Source: Obrimoposthia wandeli
Lineage: Eukaryota
Assembly: GCA_977020255.1 (NCBI GenBank)
Contig: CDROCS010000506.1
Location: 806,001-870,000 of the forward strand
Length of the DNA: 64,000 nt
Reading direction: 5' to 3'
Of this stretch, positions 10,154 to 20,534 are shown piece after piece (within the stretch, counting starts at the first letter, position 1; each line of letters begins with the position of its first letter). Made by a program: the position numbers and the translations under genes. Below the pieces are notes generated by a model. It worked only from the letters and a program-made list of their open reading frames with translations, made no database searches and was not told where the DNA came from.

Positions 10154-10588
10154 AGTTAATCCTTTATCGTTAAGTTATCGCCAACTTATTTATGACGGCA
10201 ATGTCGCGCACCCATAATGACAACCTGTCTCGATTTGAGTGCAGAAAAGTTATAACGTAAAAAAACAACAGGTACAACCAGATAAAAGGCGTTAGTTTGA
10301 TGAATGGTTTTAAAGTCAAAAAGTAGCTATAAACATCAATTAAAAACAACAAATCAATTAAATGAATTAAACCAAAGCAATTTGTAAGCATAAAATTTCA
10401 AATGGTAATGATTACCACTCAAAGATTTAATTGTATCGAGAAGTCACGATTAATCTATAAGCTATTGTAAATAAGCTATATTTAAAAGGTATTAGCATGT
10501 TTGAAATAAGTTTAATTTTCTATAAACATATTTATAGTTATCAGACTTAGATCATACTAAGGCATGAAATGAGGTTTATAGCAGACAC

Positions 10589-10617
10589 AAAAAAACCAGT
10601 AATCAGATTACTGGTTT
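10589..10617 (-). terminator. Terminator of the epmC-kinase-yfcL operon
   Basis: AAACCAGTAATC / GATTACTGGTTT stem with an A-tract on the + strand (U-tract on -). Confidence 0.8.
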
Positions 10618-10690
10618 AAAATGATAAGCCACTTTAATTTGTAATAATACGCATTAAATGGCTGAGTGTTCATAATCATTTAATCGAATA

Positions 10691-10960
10691 TCAATGTTTA
10701 TTGATATCATCCCACATACCGAGTACCAGCGCTTGTTTCTGAGGAGTTAACTCATTTGAAACCAGTGCGTCTCGTAAGCTGTGCACGACTTGAAACTTAA
10801 TGTCGTGGGGATAGATTTTACCTATATTTTCGCACTTCGCCGTAGCAAAAGTAACGTGGCCGTGTAAATATTCAGCCGCAAATAGTTGATCCGACGTTCC
10901 TTGTTCTACAAATCCATCAAGCTTTTCCATTAGCTTGCTTTGATAAGTAGGTTTAGACAA
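10691..10960 (-). CDS. yfcL: YfcL family protein
   Basis: 89 aa; DQLFAAEYLHGH and ELTPQKQALVLGMW; conserved position downstream of epmC. Confidence 0.8.
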   Translation of the reverse strand: MSKPTYQSKLMEKLDGFVEQGTSDQLFAAEYLHGHVTFATAKCENIGKIYPHDIKFQVVHSLRDALVSNELTPQKQALVLGMWDDINKH

Positions 10961-10963
10961 TGA

Positions 10964-12115
10964 TTAATCCTCATATTCTGGGTTAGCGACACGATACATG
11001 ATGTAATCACGATAACCAGTGGTTACTCGAATAAAACCTGATAATGCTTGGTCTAATTCAACATCCCCCGTGTCTACGATTAAGGGACGTCCTGCTAATG
11101 CCGACAACTTCGTTTTGGTTGCCAACACTATAATGTTTTCTTTACCGATTTGTTTAATCAACTGCGGCGACAGTTGTTGATTACCACGACCAAAAATATG
11201 TCCCTGGCCACCAATTAAGGTGATCACCAATTTACAGGGCTTACCTTGTGTCAACGCGATTAACTGCGCTGCGGTTTGGTCTGAAGCAATCAATTCATGC
11301 TGATGTACAACATCAACACCTAATAAGGTATTATCAAGTCCTAGTTCGCCCATGGTGAATGCCACCGTTGACCCAGACCCCATAATATAATAATCATCTT
11401 CCATATCTGCCATGACATCAGCAGCTATGTCGGTAAGCACCAATTCGTCTGATTCAATACCGCCCATTTTTACGCTTTGTACATAACGTAAATCGCTCGG
11501 TACCATCATCTCGCCATAGCGCTTTGCTTTAACTGTACCTTGACGAAATGCAACTTCATCAATATCCATCACATCAGCATCCGCTAAGGTAACCAGTTCG
11601 CCTAAAATTAATCGACGAACCACACAGCCAGCAGCTTTTGGCGTTACGCCATAGACACCTGAATGGATCTTACAGCCTGCAGGTACACCTAATACCGGCA
11701 CGACATCGTTGATCGTCGCACAAATATTACGGGCAGTACCATCACCACCAGCAAACAATAACAAATCTATATCTTGTGCTAATAATGCTTCAACCGCAGC
11801 ATAAGTATCTTGCTCTGTGGTCATATCATTAACTGGTCGATAAGCCACGGTCACATTAAGGCCGAGTTCTAAACTACAGCGCTCGCCCATCTCGCCACCC
11901 GCAGTCACTACAGTAAAACGCGGCGCAAGATCAGCAAATTGACCGAGTGCTTGTAACATACGATTATTGGCTTGCGGTATAGCACCTAAACTAAGCGCTT
12001 GCTGGGCAACATTATCACTGCCTTTTAACGCGACACTGCCACCAACACCTGCAACTGGATTAACAATAATACCCAGTTTAAACGGCTTCACGTTCATACA
12101 TACCTCGATAATCAA
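10964..12115 (-). CDS. ATP-NAD kinase family protein
   Basis: IVNPVAGVGG..LKGSD, FAGGDGTARN, GCKIHSGVY, GGQGHIFGRGNQQLS. Confidence 0.88.
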   Translation of the reverse strand: MIIEVCMNVKPFKLGIIVNPVAGVGGSVALKGSDNVAQQALSLGAIPQANNRMLQALGQFADLAPRFTVVTAGGEMGERCSLELGLNVTVAYRPVNDMTTEQDTYAAVEALLAQDIDLLLFAGGDGTARNICATINDVVPVLGVPAGCKIHSGVYGVTPKAAGCVVRRLILGELVTLADADVMDIDEVAFRQGTVKAKRYGEMMVPSDLRYVQSVKMGGIESDELVLTDIAADVMADMEDDYYIMGSGSTVAFTMGELGLDNTLLGVDVVHQHELIASDQTAAQLIALTQGKPCKLVITLIGGQGHIFGRGNQQLSPQLIKQIGKENIIVLATKTKLSALAGRPLIVDTGDVELDQALSGFIRVTTGYRDYIMYRVANPEYED

Positions 12116-12710
12116 AATCTGCTAATACCAGCGGTTTTGTATTATAAAATGCTTGCAGTGCTGTCACTAACGCTTGCGTTCTCGCTGATAAACCGTTTTC
12201 TAAATATAAGCGTACTTGATCGTGGATCTTGTGCTGAAAAGCTAGTCGGTCGATGACAATATCAGCCAAATTATCCGCACTAACACGAAATTGAAATCCC
12301 GCAGCAACGCAAATAATCCATTCAATCGCCTGCGGTACAATCTCGACTTTTTCAAATTCAGCTTGCTGCTGCGCATTACGCCCGTCAGCAATATACCAAT
12401 AACCAAAATCCACCAATTGATGGCGCGCTAATCCCGCGACTAGCCAATGTGATATTTCATGCAAACCACTGGCAAAAAAACCGTGGGCAAAAATAATACG
12501 GTGATATTCACAACTGACATATTGTTCAAAGTCAGTATGCGCCGGCATGTAAATCGGCTCGTCACCGCCTTTGACTAATTGGGTATTAAATTCGCTTGCA
12601 AATGTGTGGTTAAAAACAGCTATCAAATCTGGATATTTATGTTGCTGCTCATCGCTTACATCATTTACTAATAAATCGCTTGTTAATAAGTCTTTTAAAT
12701 CGTCTTGCAT
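12078..12710 (-). CDS. epmC: Elongation factor P hydroxylase
   Basis: LVKGGDEPIY, FAHGFFASGLHEISHW, DFGYWY..DGR, FEKVEIVPQAIEW. Confidence 0.92.
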   Translation of the reverse strand: MQDDLKDLLTSDLLVNDVSDEQQHKYPDLIAVFNHTFASEFNTQLVKGGDEPIYMPAHTDFEQYVSCEYHRIIFAHGFFASGLHEISHWLVAGLARHQLVDFGYWYIADGRNAQQQAEFEKVEIVPQAIEWIICVAAGFQFRVSADNLADIVIDRLAFQHKIHDQVRLYLENGLSARTQALVTALQAFYNTKPLVLADFDYRGMYEREAV

Positions 12711-12846
12711 ACTGCGCCTAGCTAATCTTAGAATTACTGAGCACTATTTAATGAGCAGGATTATACCCCTATGGTAGTGGTATGTCCGCTACTATATCGC
12801 GCTCAAATCGGTAATTTTCGCTAGTAGAATACTCCTTTACGCGATA

Positions 12847-13818
12847 TTAATCTAATACTGATGGTGAAGTTAATGTCACTACACCGACACGTGCATCAGT
12901 TCCGAAACTCGCTTCTGCAGTGAGTAACAACTGATGATCACCTTGCCAGATAATACTCTCCCACTGTCCATAGAGAGAGAGGTTAAAGCGTTTTGCCATA
13001 TCCCAATTTAAGTTATTGTTATTAATCGGCACAATCCAAATAAAAGGGTGTTTGTAAACTAAGTTACTATCATATCCAAGTAATACCAATTGCGCGGTTT
13101 CAGCATTATAATCTGCCGCCGTGATCAAACCATCGACATTCAAGGTTTGCGCGGGAATGACCTCTATAACACTGTCGTTAGCAGTGCTGTTGTTGATGTC
13201 GACTAAGTCCATTCGATACAAACGGCTGTGTAAATCACTCCAGTTTTTACTTAACACCCATAACTGTTGATCCACCACGGTTGCCGCTTCGCAATCATAA
13301 TCATGCATATAACTGGTTAATTCAGTGTCAGGTTTATCCGCCATCGAAAAACGCGCAGTATTAACCGCTGCAATAGTATCTCCATCATCAGCTTGCATTA
13401 ACATGTCTGTATCAACACGAATAATGCTGCGACTGTCGCGGGTACCATGATTATTACCACAGTCCATGATAAAGATATTGCCTTCATCTTGCGCTAGTGA
13501 TTCCCAGTCTTCGCTGATGACATCATCAATGCGTACCTGTTTAAGTACTTGCCCCGTTTTATCATCTATTTGATATAAATTAGCGCCATCACCACTGTCA
13601 TTCGTCGTCCATGTTTGACCACTAAACCTTGCCAGCGCAGAACTTTCTTTTACCTTATCTTGCAGGATGCTTTGTATTTTTATATCAAGTACCGGGTAGT
13701 TATCCAGCGGTTTTGACCAATAAAAATGGCCGAACACGGCAAAAATCCCTGCAATCAATAAGCCCCACATGACTTTTTTAAGTACCCATCTAAATCTTGT
13801 CATTACGACCCTCTGCAA
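12847..13818 (-). CDS. Membrane-anchored periplasmic hypothetical protein, probable beta-propeller (SdiA-regulated/phytase-like repeats)
   Basis: N-terminal TM helix; WTTNDSG, DWESL, DCGNN, YDCEA, ITAAD and GQWESI motifs; likely start MTRF at 13803. Confidence 0.6.
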   Translation of the reverse strand: MQRVVMTRFRWVLKKVMWGLLIAGIFAVFGHFYWSKPLDNYPVLDIKIQSILQDKVKESSALARFSGQTWTTNDSGDGANLYQIDDKTGQVLKQVRIDDVISEDWESLAQDEGNIFIMDCGNNHGTRDSRSIIRVDTDMLMQADDGDTIAAVNTARFSMADKPDTELTSYMHDYDCEAATVVDQQLWVLSKNWSDLHSRLYRMDLVDINNSTANDSVIEVIPAQTLNVDGLITAADYNAETAQLVLLGYDSNLVYKHPFIWIVPINNNNLNWDMAKRFNLSLYGQWESIIWQGDHQLLLTAEASFGTDARVGVVTLTSPSVLD

Positions 13819-14076
13819 CTCTGTTTCATATTAATAAGTTATATGCTCTGCAATACCCGCCCTAGAATACGCGCGACAAGGCTATCAATCAAAAAAAACC
13901 AAAGCATAAAATAGTACTTTAACTATATCGCATTGATAATAAAACTTAATTTCACTAATTATCCCCTTTCCTAGTACTAAAAAACCATACAATGCATTTA
14001 TTCACTTTAAATTGAAATTATTTAAGCGTACACTTGTACGCCTAACTGGTATGACAACTTAACGATAGGATAATGT

Positions 14077-14772
14077 ATGTCTCCTGGACCGATAACAAGT
14101 GCGACACCGATAATAACAACGACAAGCCCCCTTGCTGCACCTTATGGTGTCAAAGAAGAAGCTGCAAACACATGGTCGCATCTCTTTGGTGCCTTGCTGA
14201 GTATTGCCGCGCTTATCGCACTATTAATACCGTCAATCGAACAAGCTGATCCTTGGCGCATTGCCAGTTTTAGTATTTATGGCATTTCGATGTTTTTATT
14301 ATTCTTTGCCTCAAGCGCTTATCATTATGCGACGAACCCTGCGACTAAAGCGAAATTAAAAACACTCGACCATTGTGCGATTTTCTTGCTGATCGCTGGC
14401 ACTTATACGCCATTACTCTTGATTGAACTACGCGGTACACTCGGCTGGAGCATCTTTGCAATTGTTTGGTCAATGGCAATCTTTGGCATCATCGCCAAAC
14501 TCTACTGGGCTGAACGCTTTAAAAAAGTATCGTTATTTTTCTATCTTATTATGGGTTGGTTAATTGTCTTTGCTGGCGATGAGTTATTAGGTAAGTTAGA
14601 CACTGGCGCGCTGTACTGGCTGTTTGCTGGCGGGCTTGCTTATTCAGTTGGTGCAATTTTTTATGCCAATAAACGCATTCCGTATAACCACGCTATTTGG
14701 CATATATTTGTATTACTTGGTAGTGCTTGTCATTTTGTGACAATTTATCTTTATGTACTGCCTGTGGCATAG
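14077..14772 (+). CDS. Hemolysin III / PAQR family membrane protein (YqfA-like)
   Basis: EEAANTWSH, SSAYH, LDHCAIFLLIAGTYTP, HAIWHIFVLLGSACH; seven hydrophobic segments. Confidence 0.92.
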   Translation: MSPGPITSATPIITTTSPLAAPYGVKEEAANTWSHLFGALLSIAALIALLIPSIEQADPWRIASFSIYGISMFLLFFASSAYHYATNPATKAKLKTLDHCAIFLLIAGTYTPLLLIELRGTLGWSIFAIVWSMAIFGIIAKLYWAERFKKVSLFFYLIMGWLIVFAGDELLGKLDTGALYWLFAGGLAYSVGAIFYANKRIPYNHAIWHIFVLLGSACHFVTIYLYVLPVA

Positions 14773-14790
14773 CAGTAGCACAGTGTAGAC

Positions 14791-15213
14791 TTAATCTAGC
14801 TTAGATATATGTTTCATAAATTCTAAGCCTGGTGCTAACGTAATACGCCAAGAGACACCGACGGCATTATTGTACCTTGGATAAAACGCGGCTAACGTAT
14901 CAAGCAAAGTGTCGATAAAGACATCATATAAAGTTGAATCTATTTTCAACTGGTCTTTATGCAGACAAGCGATATCAACAAAATGCTTACGTGCTCTTTT
15001 CGTAACAAAAAAATTCACCATATACGCGACCGCTTTTCTTAGCATTAACTTTTGGTTTTCCATATCAGTATGTCGAAATGCTTGGGCGATTTCCGGTGAC
15101 GCTGCAATAAATTTTGTATAGAAAGCATCATAAAAATCATCCTCACTGTTCAGGACAAATTCATAGCTGTCATTGAATAGTGCATTAAAGTCGATATCCA
15201 TAATAATTATCAT
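14791..15213 (-). CDS. Single-domain globin
   Basis: FYDAFYTKFIAASPEIAQAF, QKLML, proximal-His-like IACLH, LYDVF, W in helix H; true start may be 15201. Confidence 0.8.
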   Translation of the reverse strand: MIIIMDIDFNALFNDSYEFVLNSEDDFYDAFYTKFIAASPEIAQAFRHTDMENQKLMLRKAVAYMVNFFVTKRARKHFVDIACLHKDQLKIDSTLYDVFIDTLLDTLAAFYPRYNNAVGVSWRITLAPGLEFMKHISKLD

Positions 15214-15359
15214 CCCTGTGCGTCATGTTATCAAAGTTTATTTTTATAAACATATACCTAATAACAATAGCACAACAACAAAAACGTAAACGAATTCACA
15301 TCAAAATTTGAGCGGATCAATCACACTATTTACAAGACGCTTAAATACATAAAATATAA

Positions 15360-18044
15360 TCAATTAACTAAACTAATAGCTATATCACAGCTTGCCATTA
15401 CTCGTTTAATTTCAGGAATACAAGAACCACAACCCGTCCCTGCTTTACTGCAACCACCAACAGCTTCAACCGTATCAGCACCTGATTTAACGGCTTCAAC
15501 AATGTCATATTCTGTGACTTGATGGCACGCACATATCATCCGACTTGGCGGAGTGTTTGCCTCACCTTTTAACGTGGTACGTAAACCTACATCAGGCGTC
15601 AACAAGGTTAAACTAGCTAACCAAGAATCATCGTCAACATCGTTAGCAGGTGTCACCATTAAGCTAATATCTAAACTGTCTTTATGATCGCCTTGAAAGC
15701 TCATAGCAAAACGGTATTTCTGCTCAGCTACATTCTCATAATCAACTTGCTTGGTCATATAGCTGTTATGTAGAGCGAGTTTTAATTGTTGAAAAAATTC
15801 TGCAGGTGCTGCAACACTGGCAAGATAATATAAAAAACCCTGCTCTAAACGACGTTCAACCCAATAATCCACCATAGGTAATATCTTAGTAACTTGCAGG
15901 CGACGTTGACTCCATAATGCCGCGCGTGATGCATGTGACCAAGCACCGACACTAACAGGCGTATATTTATTTTCTGGTTGTCCCGATAATGGGTCGGTAT
16001 GCCCTGCCACTAAGCTCGATATTGCCCCAGCACTGGCGTTTTGACGACTCCAGTGAATAGGTAAAAATAATTCCCCAGGGTTTTGACTCACCGTCGCATG
16101 TGCACGTACTAATAACTTCCCCTGTAAACTTTCAACCGCGACTAAGCTGCCATCGGCAATATCACGTTCAATTAAGTCTTGTGGGTTAATCGACAATAAC
16201 GGTTCTGGCATATGACCATTAAGCTTGGTGGCTAAACCAGTACGACTCATACTGTGCCATTGGTCTCGATTACGCCCGGTATTTAAGATCATCGGATAAT
16301 CTTGGCAGACTGAACTTGCTGCTGACTTATGGTAAAGCGCAATGAAGTTCGCTTTACCTGACGGCGTCGAAAAATGCCCGTCGGTGAATAATCGCGCTTG
16401 TGACTTGTTATCTTTTATCGGCCACTGCATCGGTTTATGCTGGTCATAATCTTGCTCAGCCAGTACCGCAATATCTAGCCCCCTTGGTAAAGTGTCTTGT
16501 TTAAAGCCAGTCATCTGCGCATATTCCGCAAACACATCAGCCTCTGACTCAAAGCTAAAGTCCTTGGTAAAGCCCATACGTTTAGCCACTTCCGCTAATA
16601 ACCACCAATCAGCTTTAGCTTCACCAATACTCGGTAGGAAACCACGTTGACGTGATATACAGCGCTCAGAATTGGTCACAGTACCCGTTTTTTCACCCCA
16701 GCCTTGCGCGGGTAACAGGACATCAGCGCACGCAATCGTATCTGACTTAGCAATGCAATCTGACACCACCACCAGCGGACAATTTAGTAACGCCTGCTGA
16801 ATTTTATCTGAATCAGGTAAGCTCACCACCGGATTCGTCCCCATGATCCAAATCGCTTTGATCTTACCTTGATGCACTTGATCAAACATGTCGATCGCTT
16901 TGGCACCGTTTTTTGTAGCCAGCTTATCGGTATGCCAGAACTCACTCACCAGCGCATGACTCTCAGGCGTGAAGTCCATGTGCGCTGCTAACATGCTTGC
17001 AAGGCCACCGACTTCACGGCCCCCCATCGCATTTGGTTGACCGGTCACAGAAAATGGACTTGCCCCTGGTTTACCGACACGTCCTGTTGCTAAATGGCAG
17101 TTAATAATCGCGTTTACTTTGTTAGTACCACTGGTTGACTGGTTCACCCCTTGGCTAAACAAGGTCAAGGTCTTATCGATATCGGTAAAACGACGGAAAA
17201 AAGCCAACATAGTATCGAGTTCAAGATTACAAAATTCCGCTAACGCTACCCAGCTTGGTGTTGATTGGTAAGCAGATTTAAGTGCTTCTTCAAACCCTTC
17301 GGTATGCTCGGCGATATAGGTAAGATCACAAGCATTCTCTTGGTCCAGAAACTCCAACAGCCCGTTATACAGTGCCACGTCAGTACCCGGACGAATAGCT
17401 AAATGCAGGTCGGTAATATCACAGGTATCAGTTCGACGTGGATCAATAACAGTGATTTTTAAATTTGGATTGGCGATCTTTGCCTGCTTTATCCGGCGAA
17501 ATAATATTGGATGGCACCAAGCCAAGTTCGAGCCAACTAAACAGATATGCTCTGCAGCTTCAATATCCGCATAACAAGCGGGGACTGCATCTTCACCAAA
17601 TGCACGCTTGTGGGCTACAACGGCAGAAGACATACACAGACGTGAATTCGAATCGATATTACTGCTACCAATAAAGCCTTTCATCAATTTATTAGCAATA
17701 TAATAGTCTTCGGTAAGTAACTGCCCTGATACATAAAAGGCAACGGCATCTGGACCATGCTCGGCAATCACTTTATTAAATGAAGAGGCGACATAGCTTA
17801 ATGTAGTTTCCATGCTCTGCGCTTGCCCGCGAATATAACATTCGGTAAGACGTCCTTCTGGGACTAGGGTATCGGCTAGCGTTAATCCTTTTGAGCAAAG
17901 GTTACCTAAATTGGTCGGGTGAGATTCATCACCACGAATAGTCACTGAATTGTCTTGATTTACTTGCGCTTCGACACCGCAACCGGTGCCGCAATAAGGA
18001 CATGTTGTTTTAACCCATTTGGGTTGTTGCTTTAGCTTCTGCAT
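15360..18044 (-). CDS. nasA: Assimilatory nitrate reductase catalytic subunit (Mo-bisPGD) with C-terminal BFD-like [2Fe-2S] domain
   Basis: TTCPYCGTGCG...LCSKG [4Fe-4S] motif; SGQLLTEDYY; DSNSRLCMSSA; GQPNAMGGREVGG; C-terminal CACHQV...AGTGCGSC. Confidence 0.92.
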   Translation of the reverse strand: MQKLKQQPKWVKTTCPYCGTGCGVEAQVNQDNSVTIRGDESHPTNLGNLCSKGLTLADTLVPEGRLTECYIRGQAQSMETTLSYVASSFNKVIAEHGPDAVAFYVSGQLLTEDYYIANKLMKGFIGSSNIDSNSRLCMSSAVVAHKRAFGEDAVPACYADIEAAEHICLVGSNLAWCHPILFRRIKQAKIANPNLKITVIDPRRTDTCDITDLHLAIRPGTDVALYNGLLEFLDQENACDLTYIAEHTEGFEEALKSAYQSTPSWVALAEFCNLELDTMLAFFRRFTDIDKTLTLFSQGVNQSTSGTNKVNAIINCHLATGRVGKPGASPFSVTGQPNAMGGREVGGLASMLAAHMDFTPESHALVSEFWHTDKLATKNGAKAIDMFDQVHQGKIKAIWIMGTNPVVSLPDSDKIQQALLNCPLVVVSDCIAKSDTIACADVLLPAQGWGEKTGTVTNSERCISRQRGFLPSIGEAKADWWLLAEVAKRMGFTKDFSFESEADVFAEYAQMTGFKQDTLPRGLDIAVLAEQDYDQHKPMQWPIKDNKSQARLFTDGHFSTPSGKANFIALYHKSAASSVCQDYPMILNTGRNRDQWHSMSRTGLATKLNGHMPEPLLSINPQDLIERDIADGSLVAVESLQGKLLVRAHATVSQNPGELFLPIHWSRQNASAGAISSLVAGHTDPLSGQPENKYTPVSVGAWSHASRAALWSQRRLQVTKILPMVDYWVERRLEQGFLYYLASVAAPAEFFQQLKLALHNSYMTKQVDYENVAEQKYRFAMSFQGDHKDSLDISLMVTPANDVDDDSWLASLTLLTPDVGLRTTLKGEANTPPSRMICACHQVTEYDIVEAVKSGADTVEAVGGCSKAGTGCGSCIPEIKRVMASCDIAISLVN

Positions 18045-18082
18045 ATATCATCCTTGGTTACGCATGTTCATACCAAGGGATA

Positions 18083-18100
18083 AAGCAAAAAATCAGCCAA
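18083..18100 (-). promoter_or_regulatory. Sigma54 (-24/-12) promoter of nasA
   Basis: The - strand reads TTGGCTGATTTTTTGCTT, an exact GG-N10-GC, about 40 bp upstream of the ATG. Confidence 0.75.
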
Positions 18101-18236
18101 GTCTAACGTTTAGCGAGAACAAATTTAAAATCACCGGGAAATAAGCTCAGATGCTCCGATACAAGGCTGTGAATGACTTTATTGCCAGAATAGAACTGCA
18201 CTGAGTGTAAGGCTAGTACTAAAAAAGTCTTAAAGC

Positions 18237-18283
18237 AGTACTAAAACAGTGCTACAACAAATGAATCGCACCACCTTGGTGCG
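18237..18283. promoter_or_regulatory. NtrC enhancer (strong site 18267-18283, weak site 18237-18253)
   Basis: CGCACCACCTTGGTGCG matches TGCACCA-N3-TGGTGCA; the second site AGTACTAAAACAGTGCT is 30 bp away; both lie about 140-185 bp upstream of the sigma54 site. Confidence 0.7.
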
Positions 18284-18320
18284 TTTCATTATCATCGCCA
18301 ATATATTTATCGGTTTAACT

Positions 18321-19244
18321 TCATTCCTGAGTCATGTCGCTGAATTTTTCAAACAGAAAATCTAAGAACAAGCGAATGCGTTTTGGTTGATACTGCTTAC
18401 TGGTATAAATAACATTTAAGTCAGCACTCGATACTGACCTCGAAGTATTAAAATTCTTCATATAGCCATCAAGTACTGTCACAAGGCGGCCGCTATTAAT
18501 ATCATCTTGCACATCCACAATTGATTTAAGTGCTATCCCAGCCCCCGCTAATGCCCACTGCCGAATCACTTCACCATCATCAGACAAGCGTTTTGCTACC
18601 ACTGTCATTGTGCTCTTATGATCTTGTTGTTGGAAATGCCACGTCTTTAATTCTTCGTTACCACGTAACATCACTAAGCAATCATGTTCGACTAACGCTT
18701 CTGGTGTTAGTGGCACACCACGCTTGGCTAAATATTCCGGTGATGCACACAATACTCGCCAACTTGATGATAACCGCCTTGATATAAGGTTACTATCTGC
18801 CAGTTCACCATAACGAATGACGATATCAATCCCCGATTCAGCAATATTTGATATCCGATCATTGAGGTATAAATAAGGTACAACATCAGGGTAGCGTTTA
18901 GAAAACTCAGATAATATCGGCAGAATATATTGCTTACCTATATCCTTTGGCGCCGAAATTTTAAGTGAACCTTTCACTTGTTCAACCACATTTTGTAAGC
19001 GGTTTTCAGTCTCATTGACACTGGCGATTATTTCCAGCGCCGCCTGATAATAAAGCTCACCAGCATCCGTTAATGCAATATGCCGCGTTGTTCGATTCAA
19101 TAACTTCACCGCATACCTTTCTTCTAATGCTTGTAGTCTTGCGGTCATTGTCGCGGGAGAGAGCCCCATGTCACGCCCAGCTGCGGCCAAACCTTGGTGT
19201 TTAACAATGCTAACAAACATGGTCATATCAGAAAATTTATCCAT
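18321..19244 (-). CDS. LysR-family regulator (CrgA/DmlR-like)
   Basis: HTH LAAAGRDMGLSPATMTARLQALE...LLNRTTR; substrate-binding domain; divergent from the MFS-nemA pair. Confidence 0.92.
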   Translation of the reverse strand: MDKFSDMTMFVSIVKHQGLAAAGRDMGLSPATMTARLQALEERYAVKLLNRTTRHIALTDAGELYYQAALEIIASVNETENRLQNVVEQVKGSLKISAPKDIGKQYILPILSEFSKRYPDVVPYLYLNDRISNIAESGIDIVIRYGELADSNLISRRLSSSWRVLCASPEYLAKRGVPLTPEALVEHDCLVMLRGNEELKTWHFQQQDHKSTMTVVAKRLSDDGEVIRQWALAGAGIALKSIVDVQDDINSGRLVTVLDGYMKNFNTSRSVSSADLNVIYTSKQYQPKRIRLFLDFLFEKFSDMTQE

Positions 19245-19254
19245 ACCCTCTCCT

Positions 19255-19277
19255 ATTGTTCGGTTTATTCGAATAAT
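19255..19277. promoter_or_regulatory. Putative LysR recognition box
   Basis: ATTGTTCG-N7-CGAATAAT dyad in the divergent intergenic region. Confidence 0.5.
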
Positions 19278-19352
19278 GATTTCATATTTTACTCAATTAT
19301 CAAAATAAATCGAATGAATATAATAGACAGCATATTATAAACAGAGATAACC

Positions 19353-20519
19353 ATGATGATTGAAAAAGAAAAAATGCCTTTCCAAGTTTGGATACTAACA
19401 CTTGCCGCGTTTGCGATTGGCACCGCAGAGTTTGTTATCGCCGGTATTCTGCCGCAAATAGCTGTATCACTGTCTATAACAGAAGGTCAGGCAGGTTACT
19501 TAATCAGTGCTTATGCGTTAGCCATTGTTATTGGCGGTCCGATCTTGACGATATATTTAGCCCGTTTTAATAAAAAAGCGGTACTGACAGGGTTAATGGT
19601 GCTGTTTATTCTCGGCAATATACTGTCCGCTTTAGCGCCAACCTACGAATTATTATTAGCTAGCCGTGTTATTGCGGGACTAGTACAAGGCCCATTTTAT
19701 GGCATTGGCGCGGTTGTAGCGACAAACCTGGTATCAGAAAAAATGGCTGGTCGCGCCGTAGGTCAAATGTTCGCAGGCCTAACGCTGGCTAATGTACTAG
19801 GTGTTCCTGCAGGTACTTGGATCAGCTTGCAGTTCGGCTGGCACAACACGTTTTTGACCGTTGCCGCATTCGGTGCTGTCGCTATGGTTTTCATTCTCAT
19901 GTCGATCAAATCAACGGGTCATGGCGAAGCTAAGAATATTAAAGCCCAGCTTATGGCTTTCAAAAATCCGATGTTATTACTGAGCTTAGCAATCACCGCT
20001 TTTGCATGGTCAGGTTTCATGACGCTATACGGATATATTGCCCCGATTGCGATGCACATCACCGGTTATGGCGAAGATGCTGTTACTTGGATCTTAGTGA
20101 TTGTCGGCCTTGGTCTCATCATAGGTAACACTATAGGTAGCCGTTCAGCAGACAAAAACCTCAACAAAGCATCGCTATTCTGGGCTGTGGCCATGATTCT
20201 TTCATTGGTATTAGTCGGGCTGGTTATTGATAACAAAATACTTTTTGTCATCGCCGCATTTATCTTCGGCATAGCATCATTTGCCAATGTACCTGCAATG
20301 CAACTTCGAGTCATGAATCACGGTGGCGAAGGTCAAGAATTAGCGGCCACAGCAAATATCTCGGCATTCAATTTGGCCAACGCATTCGGCGGCATCCTTG
20401 GCGGTATCGTACTTGATAGCAGTATGGGCGCGAGCATGATCCCTTACGCTGCAATCATAGTCCCAGTGATTGGCTTACTGTTCATCGTTAAAGCAAACAA
20501 ATCCACATTAAACGGCTAA
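19353..20519 (+). CDS. MFS efflux transporter (DHA1/AraJ-like)
   Basis: AFAIGTAEFVIAGILP, motif A-like ARFNKK, LANVLGVPAGT; about 12 TM segments. Confidence 0.9.
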   Translation: MMIEKEKMPFQVWILTLAAFAIGTAEFVIAGILPQIAVSLSITEGQAGYLISAYALAIVIGGPILTIYLARFNKKAVLTGLMVLFILGNILSALAPTYELLLASRVIAGLVQGPFYGIGAVVATNLVSEKMAGRAVGQMFAGLTLANVLGVPAGTWISLQFGWHNTFLTVAAFGAVAMVFILMSIKSTGHGEAKNIKAQLMAFKNPMLLLSLAITAFAWSGFMTLYGYIAPIAMHITGYGEDAVTWILVIVGLGLIIGNTIGSRSADKNLNKASLFWAVAMILSLVLVGLVIDNKILFVIAAFIFGIASFANVPAMQLRVMNHGGEGQELAATANISAFNLANAFGGILGGIVLDSSMGASMIPYAAIIVPVIGLLFIVKANKSTLNG

Positions 20520-20534
20520 AATAAGGTAAATATA

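Noticed and set aside
10170-10391. 73-aa hydrophobic ORF upstream of the lipase
   Set aside because: AT-rich promoter DNA gives F/L/I-rich open frames; no clear RBS or motif
14077-14772. Hemolysin as a virulence factor
   Set aside because: The HlyIII/PAQR family is a widespread membrane-homeostasis family; the name does not imply toxin activity
18050-18081. Hairpin that would sequester the nasA Shine-Dalgarno (CCTTGGT/ACCAAGG)
   Set aside because: The predicted sigma54 start (~18073) falls inside the upstream arm, so the hairpin would not be in the mRNA; revisit only if the TSS maps further upstream
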